A stretch of 64,000 bases of DNA, from the NCBI GenBank assembly GCA_051942245.1, contig JAVECL010000054.1:1-64000 (forward strand), written 5' to 3'. This stretch comes from Trypethelium eluteriae. Lineage: Eukaryota. Made by a program: the position numbers and the translations under genes. The notes under the pieces were generated by a model. It was not told the DNA's origin and did no database searches. It saw nothing but the letters and a program-made list of their open reading frames with translations. Positions 59,728-64,000 of the stretch are shown here, in pieces; position 1 is the stretch's first letter; each line of letters opens with the position of its first letter.

Positions 59728-60451
59728 TGAAGGGCCAATGACGGAGATGCCTTTCATGAAAATGTGTATGACGCTAAACTACTAGCGTTTCCCACACAAA
59801 CTGAAGCCAATACTATACTCGGCTGTTGTATAATTATAAATAGTAAGTTAAGAGGAAAACAACTGTTCGATATATCATGATCTATATATTCTCTCTTTTT
59901 TTCACGTCTATGTTATTCCAACATCCCGTCAACAGGCTATCCACAACCCCACACCACATTCACGAATCCCCGGCCGCGGTGAGATACCTGCTTACCCAGG
60001 TAGAGGCACCAGGTATTTTCACCAGCTCTCCAAGTTTTATCCCTCGAACAACATGCTATCCAACGAGATACCTATCTACAAGCAAGTCACAATGAAGAGG
60101 CTTGGATCTCCTGGCGATTCATCTTCCTGCGCTAGCCCCGCCATCGATGCCTCTTAGTCAGGCACATGGGCAATCGATAGGCAGAGAGCGGCAGGAGGCG
60201 CAACGCTGTTCCACACTTACGATGTATGCAGTGCAGCCAGGAACGCGATCATCACCAGCCTACTACCAAGGGATATTTCCTATGATGTACCTTCTTCTCA
60301 GTTTACCGACGATGAATTTGATTGCCTCCTTATCGGCATTAACGGTATGATATAAGGCTAGGTAAACCACTTTCTTGACCCTTCTACACCTCCTCATTTG
60401 TTGCTCTTTGTCGAATTAACCCAGGAGCTGTACATTGTAAAGAAGGACACT

Positions 60452-61614
60452 ATGATGAGCCGCTTTAGCCTTTTGGCTGGGTCGCTGCTCAGTCTTACGG
60501 CACAGAGACAGGCTCAAAACGGGAGTTATATTCAGTACTCAACAGTAACGGGATACTTCCTCCAAGATGAACCTTCCACCAACGCGACTACCTTCGACTA
60601 CGTAAGTGTCTTGTTCAAGTATTGCACGTCCGTCACAACTGACGAGCGTAGACATCGACTAACTTTGGTCTCATCAACCGCACCTACCCTTCTGACCCCT
60701 GCGGCTACGGCAGCACCAACCTGACCCAATGGCAACGCTTCGCCCGTCAAGTCTACACCCTCAATCTCGAGTCCCCCGCCAACATTGACTATAAAGTCCT
60801 TTTCATGGGTCGCCACGGCGAAGGTTATCACAATGCTGCACAGACATTCTACGGCACACCCGCCTGGAATTGCTACTGGGCTGAAGTAGATGGCAACGGC
60901 ACCGCCATCTGGGCGGACGCACACCTGGACCCGGCAGGAATCGCACAAGCCGAAACCGCCAATGCTTTCTGGGCACATGAGCTCGCCGTCCAAAGGATTC
61001 CCGCCCCGCAGACTTACTACACCTCGCCTCTCTACCGGTGCCTCCAAACGGCTAACATCACGTTCTCCGGACTCGACCTACCTGCCTCACAGCCCTTCCT
61101 TCCACTTATCAAGCACGGCCTCCGCGAGGGCATCAGCATCCACACCTGCGATCGTCGCAGCAACCGCTCCGTCATTCACGCTGCCGTCCCCTCATGGCCC
61201 TTTGAACCCGGCTTCCCAGAGTATGACCAACTCTGGAACGGCGTCACCGCGGAGACGAGCAGTGCGCAAGCGGTGAGGAGCAAAAAAGTGCTAGATGATA
61301 TTTTTGGCGCGGACCCAAGCACTTGGATAAGCATCACAAGCCATAGCGGGGAGATTGGGTCGATATTGAGCGTGCTGGGACATCAGCCGTTTAGTCTGAA
61401 TACTGGAGCTGTGATACCGGTGCTGGTGCGGGCAGAGACGGTCAAGGCGCAACCCAGCCCGACGACAAGCTCGCAGCCGTGGACGGTGAGTCCGCACTGT
61501 ACGAGCCCACCACTCACGTCCATTAATAATGGGGCGTGTGTGTGCCAAGGAAGTGCAATGCCCGTAACAACTACGCTTCCTGGGTCAGGGCCGACTTACG
61601 TAGCAAGAGTATAA
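60452..61614 (+). CDS. Secreted histidine phosphatase / phosphoglycerate-mutase-like protein (Pmu1-like), 2 exons
   Basis: Signal-like N-terminus, TGYFLQD, intron 60602-60651, catalytic RHGEGYHN, SPLYRCLQT, HTCDRRS and ITSHSG. Confidence 0.88.
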
Positions 61615-62408
61615 AAGAAATCATGTGTGTATATACTTGTGTATATTTGTGTATATAGTGTGGATGAATTGCTCTTAATGTGTATCGAAACGCGTAACAG
61701 GAGAAGCTAGAGCGTCAGTGTCTATAAATCCCAGTTTATTCATTCGTAAGAATTTCATGGTCGTTTTTCGACTGCAAGGTCCCGTCCTTTGCCCTTGCCT
61801 TACTACAGCCCAAACACTCTCATCTCCAATTCATCACAGATACCCTAATTCTGCCACTCACGAAAATAACAAGAAAAAAAGAGATACCAAAAAGCAGACC
61901 CTTACCAGCAAGCCGGAATTTCTATAGCTAACAGGGCAAAAGAGTAATGACCAACTAACATGCAATACCCCGTATTCGCTGCTGGTCACCCACGCAACTA
62001 CTGACGAGGCGGCAACGTGCTTAACGTATCGAGAGCGGACGGGATCGAGTGCTTTCACGTTCCTATGATCGCATGTATTGAAGGTTTTCTGTAAATTGGT
62101 ATATAACTCAAACCACATTCCCGATTATGCATCACATGCCTACCAGGAGGGTAGGAATTGTCGACGCTATAGTATTTAAGACAAGGAGTATGTATTTTGA
62201 TCTCTCATACTTTCGTGAACTCTGGGGGGTCCCTCAACAAATTCTTCCCTACATTCAAAGAGAAGAGCTCATTAGTTCCTAGTAAAGAAATGCCTTGTAC
62301 GCTCTGTACGTCCTGCCCATAATTCTCAGTGCTACCCCTGGTGTGCCCATCCCATTCTCAAGACTCGCCATTCCTGCCAAATGCCTTCCAACCACAATCC
62401 TCCGTCTC

Positions 62409-64000
62409 TCAGTTGAGTCCGTACTCCGCACACAACTTCTCGGCCGCGATGGCCCCAATCTGATACGCCACAGCTTGGGTGTGACAATTTGGCACAAAAG
62501 GCATCACACTCATATCCGCCACCCTCAGTCCTTGCACCCCCTTCACCCTGAAACCCGTATCCACCACGCCCATCTTGTCCTCCTGCCCCCCGCTCCCCTT
62601 AACCTCCATCCTTGCCGTCCCCGTCATATGCCAAGAAGTCCCACAATTCTCCCTCACATACTCCAGAATCTCCTCCTCGCTCTCCCCCCTAGGCACCTGC
62701 ACCACGCCATCACACCTCTCCGCCACCCTCGGACTCCGCACGAACTCCATCGCCGCCCCGACACCACGCACCACCATCACGCGATCGAACTCCTCCGTCA
62801 AAAACCGGCCATCGCACACCGGCGCCGCTGTCGGGTCCGCCGACGCCAACGTCACGCTCCCGCGCGACTGCGGATGGAAGAAGAACACCAGCACCGTGAA
62901 GTACGACCGGTCCTGCGGAAGCGGAATCAGTGGCGGCGACTGCGACGACATCTCGAAGTGCGGCACCGTGGGCGCCAGCACGTGCTGCTGCGTCGAGGCC
63001 GGCAGCTGCTGGAATGCAGCGTCTGAGCTCAGGTCGCTGTGGCGCAGGGAGTAGATGAGGCTGGTGTGCAGCATGTGCGCGAGAGGTCCCGAGCGCGAGG
63101 TGCGGAAGGCGGTGCGGGCGTTGGCGAGGGCGGTGGGCGAGGAGAAAAGGGCGGGGCGGTCGTCGAGGCCGGGTTTGAGATGCAGTGTGAGGGGGGCGTA
63201 GAGGTGGTCTTGGAGATTGGCACCTACGCCGGGGAGGTCGGAGATGCAGGGGAGATGGTGTTGGGTGAGTTCTGAACGAGGGCCGATGCCAGAGAGTTTG
63301 AGGAGTTTGGGGGAATCGAGGGCGCCGGCGCAGAGAATGATTTCTTTGATCGCGGTATCTGGCTGAGGTTGAGGAAAAGATTTGTGAGCTGGGAGAAGAA
63401 GTCTTACAGTGGCGATTGCCCTCGACCTCAACACCAACAGCATGAGTTCCCTCAAATGAGATCCTGTGCACCGGAGAATTGATTTGAATTTTTAGATTCG
63501 CCGGCGGATCCGAAAGAAAGGCATCTGCAGCTGTATTGCGGATCCCACCCTTGGATGTGGAAGGAAACAGTCCAATTCCGACTGGGTCGCCGGAATTTAT
63601 GTCTTTATTTATTGGGAACCTAAACTCTTCTGCAGCATCGGCGACTTCTGTCATGCCCTTTTCCCAGATGGGAGGGCACTCAACGTGAACTCTGCCTCGG
63701 TTTCCATGGTCTCCAGCCAATGGTTGGAAGTATTTTTGGTATCTTTGATCCACTTTGAGATTGATGTTCTCGATGTCATCAAATCTCCGGCGGGTGTTCG
63801 GCCAATTGAAGGCTGGATCTCCCACTTGGCGAGCCCATTCGTCATAGTCGTGCTTCGGTCCCAGTGTCCATACGGCGAAATTAATCGCAGAAGAACCGCC
63901 GAGTCCTTTACCACGAGAATAGTCGATCTCACGGCTGTTAAGTTGGCTTTGTGGCGTCGTCTTGTAAGCCCAGTTCATCCCCGGCTGCATGAATGTCGTA
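62409..64000 (-). CDS. GMC oxidoreductase (AA3_2-like), 5' end outside the window
   Basis: RGKGLGGSSAIN, intron 63407-63359, EIILCAGALDSPKLLKLSGIG, VGANLQDH, SRGSVTL, SWHMTGT, GLRVADMS and NCHTQ (His/His catalytic pair). Confidence 0.93.

Noticed and set aside
62295..63275. Antisense ORFs over the GMC gene, and the apparent frameshift between the two GMC ORFs
   Set aside because: GC-rich shadow frames; the frame change is explained by canonical intron 63407-63359.
60452..64000. Phosphatase and intact GMC gene as members of the PKS cluster
   Set aside because: They lie more than 8 kb from the Myb gene, beyond unrelated genes, and nothing in the sequence supports linkage.

Overview
Eukaryotic, intron-containing DNA from a filamentous ascomycete (Pezizomycotina; the class cannot be fixed from sequence alone). 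About 20 protein genes are recognisable. I found no rRNA, tRNA, CRISPR array or intact transposon. Conserved housekeeping genes (MAK5 3' end, MET10 sulfite reductase, phosphoglycerate dehydrogenase, GLO1, MHF1/CENP-S, STE11 MAPKKK) are interleaved with accessory blocks: (1) 1.7-6.6 kb, a broken single-pass membrane protein gene, a membrane-anchored HET-domain gene and a RIP-like relic; (2) 11-16.5 kb, a J-domain gene followed by three co-oriented RING-finger genes; (3) 38-54.5 kb, an apparently eroding secondary-metabolite cluster with a frameshifted TRI12-like transporter, an intact PkbA/MpaC-type non-reducing PKS lacking the C-methyltransferase domain, a GMC oxidoreductase pseudogene missed by the ORF track, an intact 3-repeat Myb factor and a Zn-cluster-type TF pseudogene; (4) 55-60 kb, a head-to-head pair of a NACHT-like protein with a degenerate P-loop and an intact AAA+ ATPase. 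The methyltransferase-less PKS cluster and the pseudo-NACHT/AAA+ pair are the best candidates for undescribed systems. All family assignments come from motif recognition by eye, not database searches. Exon boundaries were read manually.
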